Shown: piece by piece, positions 1-10,572 of the stretch | Position numbering within the stretch: position 1 is the stretch's first letter | Layout: every line of letters begins with the position of its first letter | Assembly: GCA_965243135.1 (NCBI GenBank) | Contig: OZ251539.1 | Location: forward strand, 5,280,001-5,344,000 | Direction of reading: 5' to 3' | Source of the DNA: Alphaproteobacteria bacterium | GTDB taxonomy: Bacteria; Pseudomonadota; Alphaproteobacteria; MPNO01; UBA830 | Length of the DNA stretch: 64,000 bases | The notes under the pieces: model-generated | What the model was told of the DNA's origin: nothing | Seen by the model: only the letters and a program-made list of their open reading frames with translations | Databases searched by the model: none | Position numbers and translations under genes: made by a program

Positions 1-1
1 G

Positions 2-1390
2 CGGCCTCCGGCGGCTTCGGAGCGAAGCGTCAGGTCGGAGCATTCGCTGGAACTCGTTTCTCCGGCCTTCCTCGCAGGCGCCGGGCAGAAGAAGGCGGAC
101 TGCGATCTGCGGCCCGCGACGCTGCGGGGCTTGCTGCGCTGGTGGTGGCGCACCATGCATGCAGCCCATCTCGCACGCGGCGATCTGGCGAAACTTGAAG
201 CGCTCGTGTGGGGCGACACGGAGACCGGAAGCGCCGTCGCGCTGGCGCTCGAGTCGGACAAGAAAAACGGTGCTCCGATCCCATACAACAAGACAGAGAT
301 ACAGAGGGAACACAAGCTCGAAAGTTCCGAGACTCGCAAAGTGACGCAGGGCCTGTTTTATGCTTCCTATGGCATGGACGAGACGAATAAGGGCGAGCGC
401 CAACAGCGATGGTACAGGGAAGCTGGAGATAGCTGGAAGCTAGTTCTGGCTGCGCGGGAAGGGTTCTGGAAAGAAGAAAGAATTCCGGCGCAACGCATGA
501 TGAAGCAGGCGGAAGCGGCGCTCTGGCTTCTGACGAGATACGGAGCGGCGGGATCCAAGTCACGCAAGGGTTTCGGCGCCTTTGCGGACATTCCAATTCA
601 ATCGGTCGGTTCTCTTGAGGATTGCGTCGCCGCGGGCAGTCGCCTTCGAGAAATATGCGGCCTTCGGTCCGGCCAATCGACCGGCACGTCAGCCCTGGAG
701 CAAAAGATAGGTCCGGTCGAGGTAAGGACTCCGTGGAAGGATCCGTGGTACGCGCTCGACAGGATGGGTCATGTCTATCAGACCGCCGTGAAGCGCCAGA
801 GCGGCGATAACCGGAAGGTATTCGGCTTGCCACGCAAGGTTGGGCGTCCTCCGCACCCGCTCGGCGAGCTCGAACGTCACTCGTCTCCGATGCACTGGAG
901 CCTCGCCCGGGGATCCGATGGCGCTATGGCGATCCGCCTGATCGCTTTTCCCTCGCCGAAACTTCCGGATCTGGAAACCAGCAGGACGGTGCTGGAGGAA
1001 ACGGTGCGCCATGCCGAAAACGCGATAAAGGAAGAGGCAAACCGACCGAGAACAGGGGAAAAGAAAGTGGGCAAGCCACCGGTGAAGCCAGCTATTACTG
1101 GTATGCCGGAGAAACACGCTCGCGTGCGGGCTGTTTTGCTTCCAGAAAAGACCAAGAACCTGCATTGGAAGGCCCAGCAGGTGGATGGTCCCATGATCGG
1201 CGAAATATTCAACCACGATGAAGTGCCGGGCGATCTCGAAGCGGGCCAAGAGGTCGAACTAGTCGTATCCAGTCCTGACCAAAGAAACGGTCGCTTCTTG
1301 TGGCCAAGTCCGAAGGTGGAAGAGCGAATGACAAGAGGGCCGCAAAATCGGTCTCCACGCGGCGGCGGAAATCGGAGAAAAGGGCGATGA
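2..1390 (+). CDS. cmr1: Type III-B RAMP protein, Cmr1-like (5' end outside the window; may be the C-terminal part of a longer RAMP fusion)
   Basis: Frame is open from base 2: LELVSPAFLAGA...DLRPATLRGLLRWWWR (Cmr1 signature) and G-rich loop YGAAGSKSRKGFG. Carries an extra C-terminal beta-rich segment and a basic tail. Confidence 0.75.
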   Translation, partial: RPPAASERSVRSEHSLELVSPAFLAGAGQKKADCDLRPATLRGLLRWWWRTMHAAHLARGDLAKLEALVWGDTETGSAVALALESDKKNGAPIPYNKTEIQREHKLESSETRKVTQGLFYASYGMDETNKGERQQRWYREAGDSWKLVLAAREGFWKEERIPAQRMMKQAEAALWLLTRYGAAGSKSRKGFGAFADIPIQSVGSLEDCVAAGSRLREICGLRSGQSTGTSALEQKIGPVEVRTPWKDPWYALDRMGHVYQTAVKRQSGDNRKVFGLPRKVGRPPHPLGELERHSSPMHWSLARGSDGAMAIRLIAFPSPKLPDLETSRTVLEETVRHAENAIKEEANRPRTGEKKVGKPPVKPAITGMPEKHARVRAVLLPEKTKNLHWKAQQVDGPMIGEIFNHDEVPGDLEAGQEVELVVSSPDQRNGRFLWPSPKVEERMTRGPQNRSPRGGGNRRKGR

Positions 1391-2685
1391 GCAGCGGCGC
1401 TGCGCTGGTTTTGACGATCGGAACTGGAAACAAGGAACGCTTGGAAGAAACACTCTATACTCCTCTAACTAAAAGCATCAGGGACGGAGAATGGCGCGAG
1501 ATCGTACTGCTTCCGTCGCAGGTGACAGAAGGCGTTGCCGAGGTTCTGAAGCAAAGGTTTCCCAATTTACGCGTCAATATGTATAGCTTGCCAGGCAAAA
1601 ACATGGAAAACAATGCGGATGCTTGTTTCGCGCATTTCAATGACGTATTAGGCAAACTGTTGAAGGAATACAAACGTGAAGAAATCCTGATTGACTTTAC
1701 TCGGGGAACCAAAGGAATGAGCGCTGCGCTCGTTCTTGCCGCCGTCCGGCACAATATACCACAGATGCGCTATATCGGCGGTCCGCGAGACAAGCATGGC
1801 GCGGTTATTCCGGGGAAGGAGGAGATAGCAAACCTGGATGCCGTTCAGGCGACGGGTCGCCGTCTTCTCGACGACGCGCGGCATCTTTTGCGTCAAGGAG
1901 ATTTTGCCGCGATGCCGAAACTGCTTTCGAACCTTTCGAATTTGCCTGAAGGACTGCAGCAAGAAGGAGCCGTGTTACTTGAACGGGCAGAATTCTATGG
2001 CGCTTGGGACAGGCTGGCCTATAGAGAGGCTGCTGAACTTGGCAAGGCGTTTTCTGAAAAATCCGCATTGCACGACGCCGTGGATTGGACACGAAAACTG
2101 GCCGATGCGCCGGAACGCTCGAATCATTCCGATATGTCGCGTTGGTTGAAGAAAGTCGCCTGCGACCTTTTGGAGAATGGACGACGCCGCGTTCGGGATC
2201 ATCATTTCGAAGACGCTCTGTTGCGAGCTTACCGCGTACTTGAACTGATTGGACAATTTCGGCTGTTCCATCGCGGTTACGATACTTCTTCCATTGATCC
2301 TGAAGATACACTCGTTAAAAAATTGGAAGAGCGTTTGAAAAAAAGGAAAAGCCATGGTTTTGGGGAGAATGGCAAAGGAAAATATACAGCGGCTCGTGCG
2401 ATTGCAGCCAGATTTCTCGAACATATCGGCGATCCGCTTGGAAGGCCGTTGTTCGATTTTGGGGAAAAGACATATGGCGGGTTCACGGCGACACAGAGAA
2501 ATCACAGCATTCTAGTTCACGGATTTGAAGCGGCCGCTGCAAAGGCCGACGAAAGCTCATTGGTTCAGGTTTATGATGACTTACAGAAGCTATTATGCTG
2601 CGCAGACGAGGAAGCGGAATCTCAACTAGACAAGATTCGCAGATGTTACAAAGATATTGACGCACAATGCCGAGTCTCTACGTGA
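1387..2685 (+). CDS. CARF-HEPN type III accessory ribonuclease (TIGR02710/Csm6-like)
   Basis: ATG overlaps the upstream TGA. CARF motifs LVLTIGTG and IDFTRGTKGMSAAL; HEPN-like RNHSILVHG near the C-terminus. Confidence 0.85.
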   Translation: MSSGAALVLTIGTGNKERLEETLYTPLTKSIRDGEWREIVLLPSQVTEGVAEVLKQRFPNLRVNMYSLPGKNMENNADACFAHFNDVLGKLLKEYKREEILIDFTRGTKGMSAALVLAAVRHNIPQMRYIGGPRDKHGAVIPGKEEIANLDAVQATGRRLLDDARHLLRQGDFAAMPKLLSNLSNLPEGLQQEGAVLLERAEFYGAWDRLAYREAAELGKAFSEKSALHDAVDWTRKLADAPERSNHSDMSRWLKKVACDLLENGRRRVRDHHFEDALLRAYRVLELIGQFRLFHRGYDTSSIDPEDTLVKKLEERLKKRKSHGFGENGKGKYTAARAIAARFLEHIGDPLGRPLFDFGEKTYGGFTATQRNHSILVHGFEAAAAKADESSLVQVYDDLQKLLCCADEEAESQLDKIRRCYKDIDAQCRVST

Positions 2686-3704
2686 CCGAACCTGGCGCCG
2701 TCGTACGTCGCCGGGCGGGTTCAATCATCGTCACTCTGGATAAAGATCCGGACGGGCCCGGTCCTTTGTCGAAAAGGAGGCGCGAACTAATCGAGGTCGA
2801 ACCACACAGGCTGGAAATGGTCGGTTTGGTGGGTCGCGTGCACATTACATCCGACGTCACGCGGCTTTGCCTGGAGCAAGGCATAGCCGTAGCCTGGTTC
2901 ACGCGAGGCGGCGATTTTCTCGGGCGACTCGTGCCGGAACTATCTCGAACGGCAGATTTGCGTCTGCGGCAATTCCGTCTGGCCGACAATCAGGCAACGG
3001 CAATCGATCTCGGACGAGTCTTTATCGACACCAAATTGCGCAATGCGGCAGCGACGATTGGCGCGGTGCGGTCCAATCGGCCGGGCGAAAGCCGTTTCGG
3101 AGAGGCGATCTTTCATTTGCGGCGCCTTCGTGAAGGTTTGACGAATGCCAAGGCGCGCGACGCGGTCATGGGAATTGAAGGAGAAGCCGCGCGGAGATAT
3201 TTTCAGGTTTTGGGACTTGCGTTCTCCGGTCCTATTCAATTCGAGTTAAGAAAGCGACGTCCGCCGCCGGATCCGGCCAATGCGCTTCTTTCGCTTGGCT
3301 ATGTGTTACTTGCGAACATGCTGGCGAGCCTTCTTGAGGCGCGTGGTTTCGACCCCTATCTCGGCATTCTACACACGGTACGGTCGGGCAGACCTAGTTT
3401 AGCGCTCGATCTCATGGAAGAACTGCGACATCCTCTTGTCGATCGCTTCGTTCTCCGTTTATGCAATCGTCGACAATTGACCCCGGAGGATTTCGAGAGC
3501 GACGAAGAGCGCGGCGGCGTTCGCTTGATTCGAGAAGGACTTAGGCGTTTTTTTCGCTCATGGGAGAAATATCTCGACGGCCCGATGCCGGGGGTGGATT
3601 CCGATTTGACCGTCGAACAAATAGTAGCTTTACAGGTAGATCGGTTAGCGGCTCATGTCAGAGGCTCTGCAATATACCAACCTCTTCTACTGCGGGGAGC
3701 TTGA
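2667..3704 (+). CDS. cas1: CRISPR-associated endonuclease Cas1 (type III-associated, no RT fusion)
   Basis: LYVTEPG start, GIEGEAARRYF, RRPPPDPANALLSLGY, GILH, SLALDLMEELR. Confidence 0.97.
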   Translation: MPSLYVTEPGAVVRRRAGSIIVTLDKDPDGPGPLSKRRRELIEVEPHRLEMVGLVGRVHITSDVTRLCLEQGIAVAWFTRGGDFLGRLVPELSRTADLRLRQFRLADNQATAIDLGRVFIDTKLRNAAATIGAVRSNRPGESRFGEAIFHLRRLREGLTNAKARDAVMGIEGEAARRYFQVLGLAFSGPIQFELRKRRPPPDPANALLSLGYVLLANMLASLLEARGFDPYLGILHTVRSGRPSLALDLMEELRHPLVDRFVLRLCNRRQLTPEDFESDEERGGVRLIREGLRRFFRSWEKYLDGPMPGVDSDLTVEQIVALQVDRLAAHVRGSAIYQPLLLRGA

Positions 3705-3706
3705 CG

Positions 3707-3985
3707 ATGAGATATATTGTCTGCTACGATGTATCTGACGATAAAAGGCGGAGAAAGATTTCCGAAGTGCTTGATGGATACGGCGACCGCATTCAAGAGA
3801 GCGTTTTCGAACTTCCCGTTGAAAGTTCACTTATGGATAAATGCATGGGGGAACTAACGGACCTCGTAAAGGAAAGCGAGGATTGCGTGGCGATATATCG
3901 GCTTTGCGCTTCTTGCGACAGCGAACGAACCTATTTTGGGGACGCGGTGCCAGATATCGGTGAGGAAACTGCATTCGTCGTATAG
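3707..3985 (+). CDS. cas2: CRISPR-associated endoribonuclease Cas2
   Basis: MRYIVCYDVSDDKRRRK...GYGDRIQESVFE, directly after cas1. Confidence 0.97.
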   Translation: MRYIVCYDVSDDKRRRKISEVLDGYGDRIQESVFELPVESSLMDKCMGELTDLVKESEDCVAIYRLCASCDSERTYFGDAVPDIGEETAFVV

Positions 3986-4179
3986 GCTTGGATTCGTAGT
4001 CGCTGGATGGAGCGAATATGCGAGAGATAACGAATCGCGCAAGTGACTGGTATGATTGGGAAATTCAGTATGCTATACTCACGAAGCGCATTTCGACCAA
4101 GGCTTCTTGTTCATGCGTACGAAGGTTACGACTATTTGGGTCGTAACTTGCTGATTCGATACACCCTCTTCTGGATGGT
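3986..4179 (+). promoter_or_regulatory. Leader of the type III array
   Basis: Lower-GC noncoding region between cas2 and the first repeat; extended -10 TGcTATACT at 4071-4079. Confidence 0.7.
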
Positions 4180-7100
4180 GTCGAATGCGTTGCCCCGCTA
4201 TCGAGGGGATTGAAACTTAAGGATCCGAGCCGTGGCTAGAAGAGGTCAAGCAGTTAGTCGAATGCGTTGCCCCGCTATCGAGGGGATTGAAACGGCGTCT
4301 ATCTGCCGTTCCGCCGTGTTCCGTATCGTAGTGTCGAATGCGTTGCCCCGCTATCGAGGGGATTGAAACCCATGAGAAAAAACCGCCTGATCACCAGACT
4401 ACAGCAAGTGTCGAATGCGTTGCCCCGCTATCGAGGGGATTGAAACGGGTTGGATCCGGGAATCGCAGTTCCCGGATCCAACCTCGCCGTCGAATGCGTT
4501 GCCCCGCTATCGAGGGGATTGAAACGCGTCGCCGTAATGCGTACCGAAGTACCATCCCGAAGGGTCGAATGCGTTGCCCCGCTATCGAGGGGATTGAAAC
4601 ATCTCCTCATAGGACCCGTAGAGGAGGATCTCATGGGCCCGTCGAATGCGTTGCCCCGCTATCGAGGGGATTGAAACCTTGTCCAACACCTGCGCAGCAA
4701 AGTCGCGTTCATACCCAGGTCGAATGCGTTGCCCCGCTATCGAGGGGATTGAAACGCGCTGTTGTCGATCGCCGGGAACGCGGCATCCGCAAATGCGTCG
4801 AATGCGTTGCCCCGCTATCGAGGGGATTGAAACCGTTATCACGTCGCGTTCGGTGCGGTCGGTTTCCGTAAGGTCGAATGCGTTGCCCCGCTATCGAGGG
4901 GATTGAAACCTCCTTCAAAGGATTCAATCTTCTTGACAAACTCACCCATCAGTCGAATGCGTTGCCCCGCTATCGAGGGGATTGAAACATCGCTAACCAA
5001 ATGTCGTTCTGCCAATGTTCGAAGAAGGTGTCGAATGCGTTGCCCCGCTATCGAGGGGATTGAAACGCATATCCTGCCGTAACACGCGCATAAACCTGCG
5101 GCCAGTGTGTCGAATGCGTTGCCCCGCTATCGAGGGGATTGAAACATCGCTACGGTAAAAGCCCTTCCGTGCCGCCCGGCGACAGGGTCGAATGCGTTGC
5201 CCCGCTATCGAGGGGATTGAAACGCGATAGGGGTTGTAGTCGCCGCAATTGCGGATTACGGCGTCGAATGCGTTGCCCCGCTATCGAGGGGATTGAAACA
5301 CAGGCGGGTCGTGCAGGCCCGTGCCGCGACGATGCCCGGTCGAATGCGTTGCCCCGCTATCGAGGGGATTGAAACCTCCAAAGAGTATTTGTGCTCGTTG
5401 ATTTGCAAGAGAAGCCGTCGAATGCGTTGCCCCGCTATCGAGGGGATTGAAACGTTCATCATCCACGGGGGGATAAACCACGGCTTCCGGGACGCGTCGA
5501 ATGCGTTGCCCCGCTATCGAGGGGATTGAAACAGGGCCGTGGAGCTTCCCCGCGCTATCGAGGGCCGGGGCCGCTGTCGAATGCGTTGCCCCGCTATCGA
5601 GGGGATTGAAACGCATCGCAGCGCCGGGATCGCGCCGCTGGAAGCTCTTTCTCGTCGAATGCGTTGCCCCGCTATCGAGGGGATTGAAACCGGGCCTTTT
5701 CCAAGGCCGCATCCCCGTCCAGCAGGCTATGTCGAATGCGTTGCCCCGCTATCGAGGGGATTGAAACTCGAGCTTTGAACCGTCGGAATCCCCGGAAACC
5801 TCATCTCCAGTCGAATGCGTTGCCCCGCTATCGAGGGGATTGAAACGAATCGCCCGTGAACGCATCGGAGCGAAGGCATGACGGGTCGAATGCGTTGCCC
5901 CGCTATCGAGGGGATTGAAACCGACCCGGACGGACCTGACGACGCCGGCGGAATGGGGCGCTGTCGAATGCGTTGCCCCGCTATCGAGGGGATTGAAACT
6001 TTCAGGAACTTTGCAAGGTCGCGCCAATCATGCGTTTCCGTCGAATGCGTTGCCCCGCTATCGAGGGGATTGAAACTAAGTGCACGAATAGCCGGTATCG
6101 TGCATATCGACCCGCGTCGAATGCGTTGCCCCGCTATCGAGGGGATTGAAACAAAACTGTAACCTCTTCCTGTACCGCAACGTCGCCTCCCGAATGTCGA
6201 ATGCGTTGCCCCGCTATCGAGGGGATTGAAACAACGCCCGAGCGCCCCGTAGGACGGATCGATCCCGACGTAGGTCGAATGCGTTGCCCCGCTATCGAGG
6301 GGATTGAAACTACGTTCCTTCCTCGCCGCTGGCGAGTTCCTCGTTTCCGGTCGAATGCGTTGCCCCGCTATCGAGGGGATTGAAACCGGTCGACGTCTAT
6401 GAGGCGGCCCGTAGGCGCGTCGCGTGGGGGTCGAATGCGTTGCCCCGCTATCGAGGGGATTGAAACCAAACGCTTTACTGGTCCAACACCTACGCAACAG
6501 TGTGGGTCGAATGCGTTGCCCCGCTATCGAGGGGATTGAAACCTATCGAGATCGCCGGTGGGAGTACTGGTCGTCTTCGCGTGTCGAATGCGTTGCCCCG
6601 CTATCGAGGGGATTGAAACCATGCTACGGTATCCGCCGGAGGCGGCCGACCACTTTCACCGTCGAATGCGTTGCCCCGCTATCGAGGGGATTGAAACGAT
6701 CTCATGGGCCCGATCGCAGAGGTGCATCCTGACACTGCCGGTCGAATGCGTTGCCCCGCTATCGAGGGGATTGAAACGCGGGACCAACAGATCCTGCTTG
6801 AACCGAGGTTTCGCGGCCGGTCGAATGCGTTGCCCCGCTATCGAGGGGATTGAAACCTGACTGGCAAGCGGGCTGAGCCCATGCTTGGTAGCCGCCTGGT
6901 CGAATGCGTTGCCCCGCTATCGAGGGGATTGAAACTTTCAGCGGCACGGCCGCCGTCCGGATGCAGAAAGCTCCGTGTCGAATGCGTTGCCCCGCTATCG
7001 AGGGGATTGAAACCAGTACCGACCGCGGAATGGCCAGGGCCACATGGTAGCCCAGTCGAATGCGTTGCCCCGCTATCGAGGGGATTGAAACTTGGAAGAT

Positions 7101-7867
7101 TGTGCCTTTCTTCTTGGCGTGGACGTAGCTAGGTCGAATGCGTTGCCCCGCTATCGAGGGGATTGAAACTTTCCGCATACGACGCCGCAACGTTTTCGGA
7201 TTCAATCCGAAGTCGAATGCGTTGCCCCGCTATCGAGGGGATTGAAACAAAGCCTGAATCGCAGCGTAGGACTCGCCACGCGGCTCCAGGTCGAATGCGT
7301 TGCCCCGCTATCGAGGGGATTGAAACCTTTCTCGCGGCGGCGATGCTTCCGAAAAGTGCGGTTCGTCGAATGCGTTGCCCCGCTATCGAGGGGATTGAAA
7401 CCTTTGGAATAGCTTGTTCCAGTGATAGCTTACTTGGTATCGGTCGAATGCGTTGCCCCGCTATCGAGGGGATTGAAACCCGAACGGCCTGACGCGCTGA
7501 ATGGGCCAGCTTTTCGGCGGTCGAATGCGTTGCCCCGCTATCGAGGGGATTGAAACTCGAGAACAAGCCGAGCGTCAACGAATACGCTTTCCATATCGTC
7601 GAATGCGTTGCCCCGCTATCGAGGGGATTGAAACTCCATGGTGGCATACCCACTATCCGCCGAACGGGTGGGTCGAATGCGTTGCCCCGCTATCGAGGGG
7701 ATTGAAACTAGGTTTGGCAAACGACGTCAAACTCCTCGCCCAGGCCGGGTTCGTCGAATGCGTTGCCCCGCTATCGAGGGGATTGAAACGGGAACGCGGC
7801 ATCGGCAAACGCTTTGTTTGTCCAGCAGCGGTCGAATGCGTTGCCCCGCTATCGAGGGGATTGAAAC
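4180..7867 (+). CRISPR. CRISPR array 1 (type III-associated): 48 repeats of 37 bp, GTCGAATGCGTTGCCCCGCTATCGAGGGGATTGAAAC, and 47 spacers of 37-44 nt
   Basis: Repeats counted by eye from 4180 to 7831. The ATTGAAAC 3' end and the leader position give + orientation. Confidence 0.99.
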
Positions 7868-8050
7868 TTGGCGCAATCTTTGCCGTCGTCGGCGGATCGC
7901 AGCGTTTACCTGTCGTGACTGGACCGCGCTGCCGGCCTGTCGTATGCTCGGATCGGGCGCTTGATGGGCTTTCCAAGAGGCAATGTCGGCGCATATGCAG
8001 GGCGAATTCAAGAATGGCGCGATCATTGCCAAGCGCCGCCCTCGAGGAGG

Positions 8051-8266
8051 CAGCAGCGGCGCGAGATCCGCGTCGGCGGGACGATGGCGGCGCGAAGAGA
8101 CGGCAGCGGCGCGAGATCCGCGTCGGCGGGACGATGGCGGCGCGAAGAGACGGCAGCGGCGCGAGATCCGCGTCGGCGGGACGATGGCGGCGCGAAGAGA
8201 CGGCAGCGGCGCGAGATCCGCGTCGGCGGGACGATGGCGGCGCGAAGAGACGGCAGCGGTGCGAGA
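8051..8266. repeat. 50-bp tandem repeat, about 4.3 copies, inside the IS
   Basis: Unit CGGCAGCGGCGCGAGATCCGCGTCGGCGGGACGATGGCGGCGCGAAGAGA at 8051, 8101, 8151, 8201, partial at 8251. Confidence 0.97.
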
Positions 8267-8286
8267 GGCGGGCCACCGGTCGGACG

Positions 8287-10047
8287 TCAGAAGACCTCCG
8301 TGGTCAGATCTCGAACGGCCTGACGCGAATCGTAGTGTCGGTGGGCCTGCGGCAGATAATCGAATCGTCCGCGCAACCGAACGATGGAAATCGCGGCGTT
8401 GCGAATCGAAGCCAGTGCACGGGCGCTGCTGCCGACGTGGTTGCGGCGGCGGTCCTCGTCGTAAGTCATGTCGCGAACATGATGCACCCGGTTCTCGATT
8501 TCCCAGTGACGGCGAGCGATGTCGAGAATTTCGGCAGGTCCTCCGCGCGACGGCGGGATGGAAGTTACCCCGTAAGCGATTTCCGAAGTTGTCCCGACGA
8601 TCTTTCCCTTTCTGAGTTTCTGACGTATGCGTTCGATACGGAATGCTTGCCGTCGTCCGGGCAGTTCGACGTACCCGTCCCAAGTTTTGTCGAGTTCGAC
8701 GACCAGACAACTGCGAGTGTCGATTCGACCGTGCGTTTTTTCCATCGTCTCGCTTTTACCGACTGCCTGATCGTTCCAGTCAATCGCTTTCAGATCGTCG
8801 AGTATCGTTTTTTGGTTGCCCTTGACGATCATCAAATAGTCAGCTCCCCTGTCCAAGATCAACTGGGTAGTTTCGACCTGGGTATGCATGGCGTCGGCGG
8901 TCACAATACGTCCGGACAACTGCATGCTTCGCAACAACTTTCGCGCAGCCGGAATCTCGTTTGACTTGTCTGCGACTTTCACCTGACCGCAAATTAGTCC
9001 GGTTTCGTGCTCGACGGCTCCGACCAGATGGCATCCGTCTCCATGCCGTGACGCTCCGCGCACGGATTTTCCGTCGAGGCTTCCGTTGGGATCCTGGTAT
9101 TGTGCGGTCCATTCTCGCAAAGCCTTGTCAAGGGCTTCCGGGTCGACATTCGAAAGCACGCGATGGAAGGTCGAATAGCTCGGGGCCGTCCGGATTCCAT
9201 CGCCTTTCATCCATGAGCGCACTTCCGCCAGCTGCGATTGATTCAACTTCCCGGAAAAGTCCGCTATGGCGGTTAGACTGAAAAAACCGCACAGTTGCGC
9301 CGCTATTGCGATGGCGAGGACCGTCGCCAACTGATAGCGCTGACCGCGACGACTTCGGAAGTCCGGCACCGTACTTAAATACTGGTACAAACTCCCCATT
9401 CTGTGATCCGGTATCTCGTCTACGTTCAATGTCTTGCAGTTCCAGAGCTTATTGTCGGAAAGCATGCAAAATTGCTTGCGGGCATCCTTTTCCAGTTCGA
9501 GCATCAGAATTTTTCTGGACGTTCCGTGTTCGCGGTAACCACCGCCCGATATGCGCTCGTATCCTTTTGTGAACCCAACGGCTCGCCAGTTCGCCGCCTG
9601 GTAACACGTTCCCTCGAAACGGTCCGGATCTACAAAAGTCTCCGCCATCAGAACTGGATGGTCATATGCTGCCTGAAAGTCAGCCGACAGGCGCCGGGTG
9701 CTGAGGGACAAAATATGGGACGTCAGGTTGTGTCGCCGCCAGGGCGGAAGAATCAACAAGCGCGCGTTGTTCGCCACAAGATGCAACCGGCGGCCGCGCT
9801 GCTCGGGCGTCCAGCCAATCCACTGGTCGCGCGCCCGCAGCCGCCAGGCCCCGGCTTTCCAACCAAGCAACGCCACCCATTCTCCGTCCGGGGCCACGGC
9901 GACATGCCGCACCGCCTCCCCGACCATGCCCCGAAATTCGAGGTAGTGGTGTTTCCGCATCGTCTCGTCCCACCGGTCGCGTTCCGCCGGGTCGAGCACC
10001 GGCCGAACGGCGATGTCGTCCGGCTCCCGTATGTTTTTCGTCATCAT
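8287..10047 (-). CDS. ISAs1-family DDE transposase with N-terminal DUF4338 (DruA-like) domain
   Basis: N-terminal HHYL...RDQWIGW...NNARLLILP...ETFVDP...GTCYQAANW (DUF4338). C-terminal LDGKSVRG, KSNEIPA, TADAMHTQ, VKGNQ, HGRID, HWEIENRVHHVRD (ISAs1). Confidence 0.92.
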   Translation of the reverse strand: MMTKNIREPDDIAVRPVLDPAERDRWDETMRKHHYLEFRGMVGEAVRHVAVAPDGEWVALLGWKAGAWRLRARDQWIGWTPEQRGRRLHLVANNARLLILPPWRRHNLTSHILSLSTRRLSADFQAAYDHPVLMAETFVDPDRFEGTCYQAANWRAVGFTKGYERISGGGYREHGTSRKILMLELEKDARKQFCMLSDNKLWNCKTLNVDEIPDHRMGSLYQYLSTVPDFRSRRGQRYQLATVLAIAIAAQLCGFFSLTAIADFSGKLNQSQLAEVRSWMKGDGIRTAPSYSTFHRVLSNVDPEALDKALREWTAQYQDPNGSLDGKSVRGASRHGDGCHLVGAVEHETGLICGQVKVADKSNEIPAARKLLRSMQLSGRIVTADAMHTQVETTQLILDRGADYLMIVKGNQKTILDDLKAIDWNDQAVGKSETMEKTHGRIDTRSCLVVELDKTWDGYVELPGRRQAFRIERIRQKLRKGKIVGTTSEIAYGVTSIPPSRGGPAEILDIARRHWEIENRVHHVRDMTYDEDRRRNHVGSSARALASIRNAAISIVRLRGRFDYLPQAHRHYDSRQAVRDLTTEVF

Positions 10048-10572
10048 GGTCGGCACATTGGCGGCAAAACCTGGAAATGTCCAGAAAAAAATTATCCGCC
10101 GGTATTTCCGATCATTCACCCCCTTCTTGAAAAGCCGTGCGCGCTGTCCGCAACGCCTTGAAATGCGGATAGCTTTCAGGAGTACCGAATTTTTCCTCGG
10201 GTACGGAAAGCTGCGAATTCTTCGCGCTGGGACCGCGATTTTCGCAGATTCCACCCCACGGCCGGCCCCCTGGCCACCTACGTTCAGGCCACGGCCCGGC
10301 TCGCCCCGGGTTTGCGGCGCGGCAACACTCGCCTTTTGTTCCGAAGTCTGAGCGTCCGCGAGGCCCTTGCGGGTTGCCGACGGGCGGGCGGAGCGGACCG
10401 CGATGCGTCGGCAGGGCGGCGGGTCGAAAAAAATGGCGCAGCGCAAACGGCTCTTGAACGGCCTTTTCCTTGCATTATCATTAGGTTAGCCTGAAAGATA
10501 AATTCGCCCTGGCGCATATGCGAGGGCGCGGACCTCAGTCTCTGGGCGATCTATCGTTGGCGGGAGACAACA

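Larger units (their letters stand above)
7998..10511 (-). mobile_element. Complete ISAs1-family insertion sequence (about 2.5 kb)
   Basis: Terminal inverted repeats CAGGGCGAATT (7998-8008) and AATTCGCCCTG (10501-10511); target duplication GCGCATATG at 7989-7997 and 10512-10520; encodes an ISAs1 transposase. Confidence 0.93.

Noticed and set aside
2667-3704. Possible RT-Cas1 for RNA spacer acquisition
   Set aside because: Cas1 is 345 aa with no RT motifs, and no RT is present in the window.
4338-7964. Many ORFs with recurring MRCPAIEGIET / VECVAPLSRGLK peptides
   Set aside because: They are translations of the CRISPR repeat, not genes.
8287-10047. Druantia defence system
   Set aside because: DUF4338 is fused to a transposase inside IS ends, and no DruE helicase or other dru genes are present.
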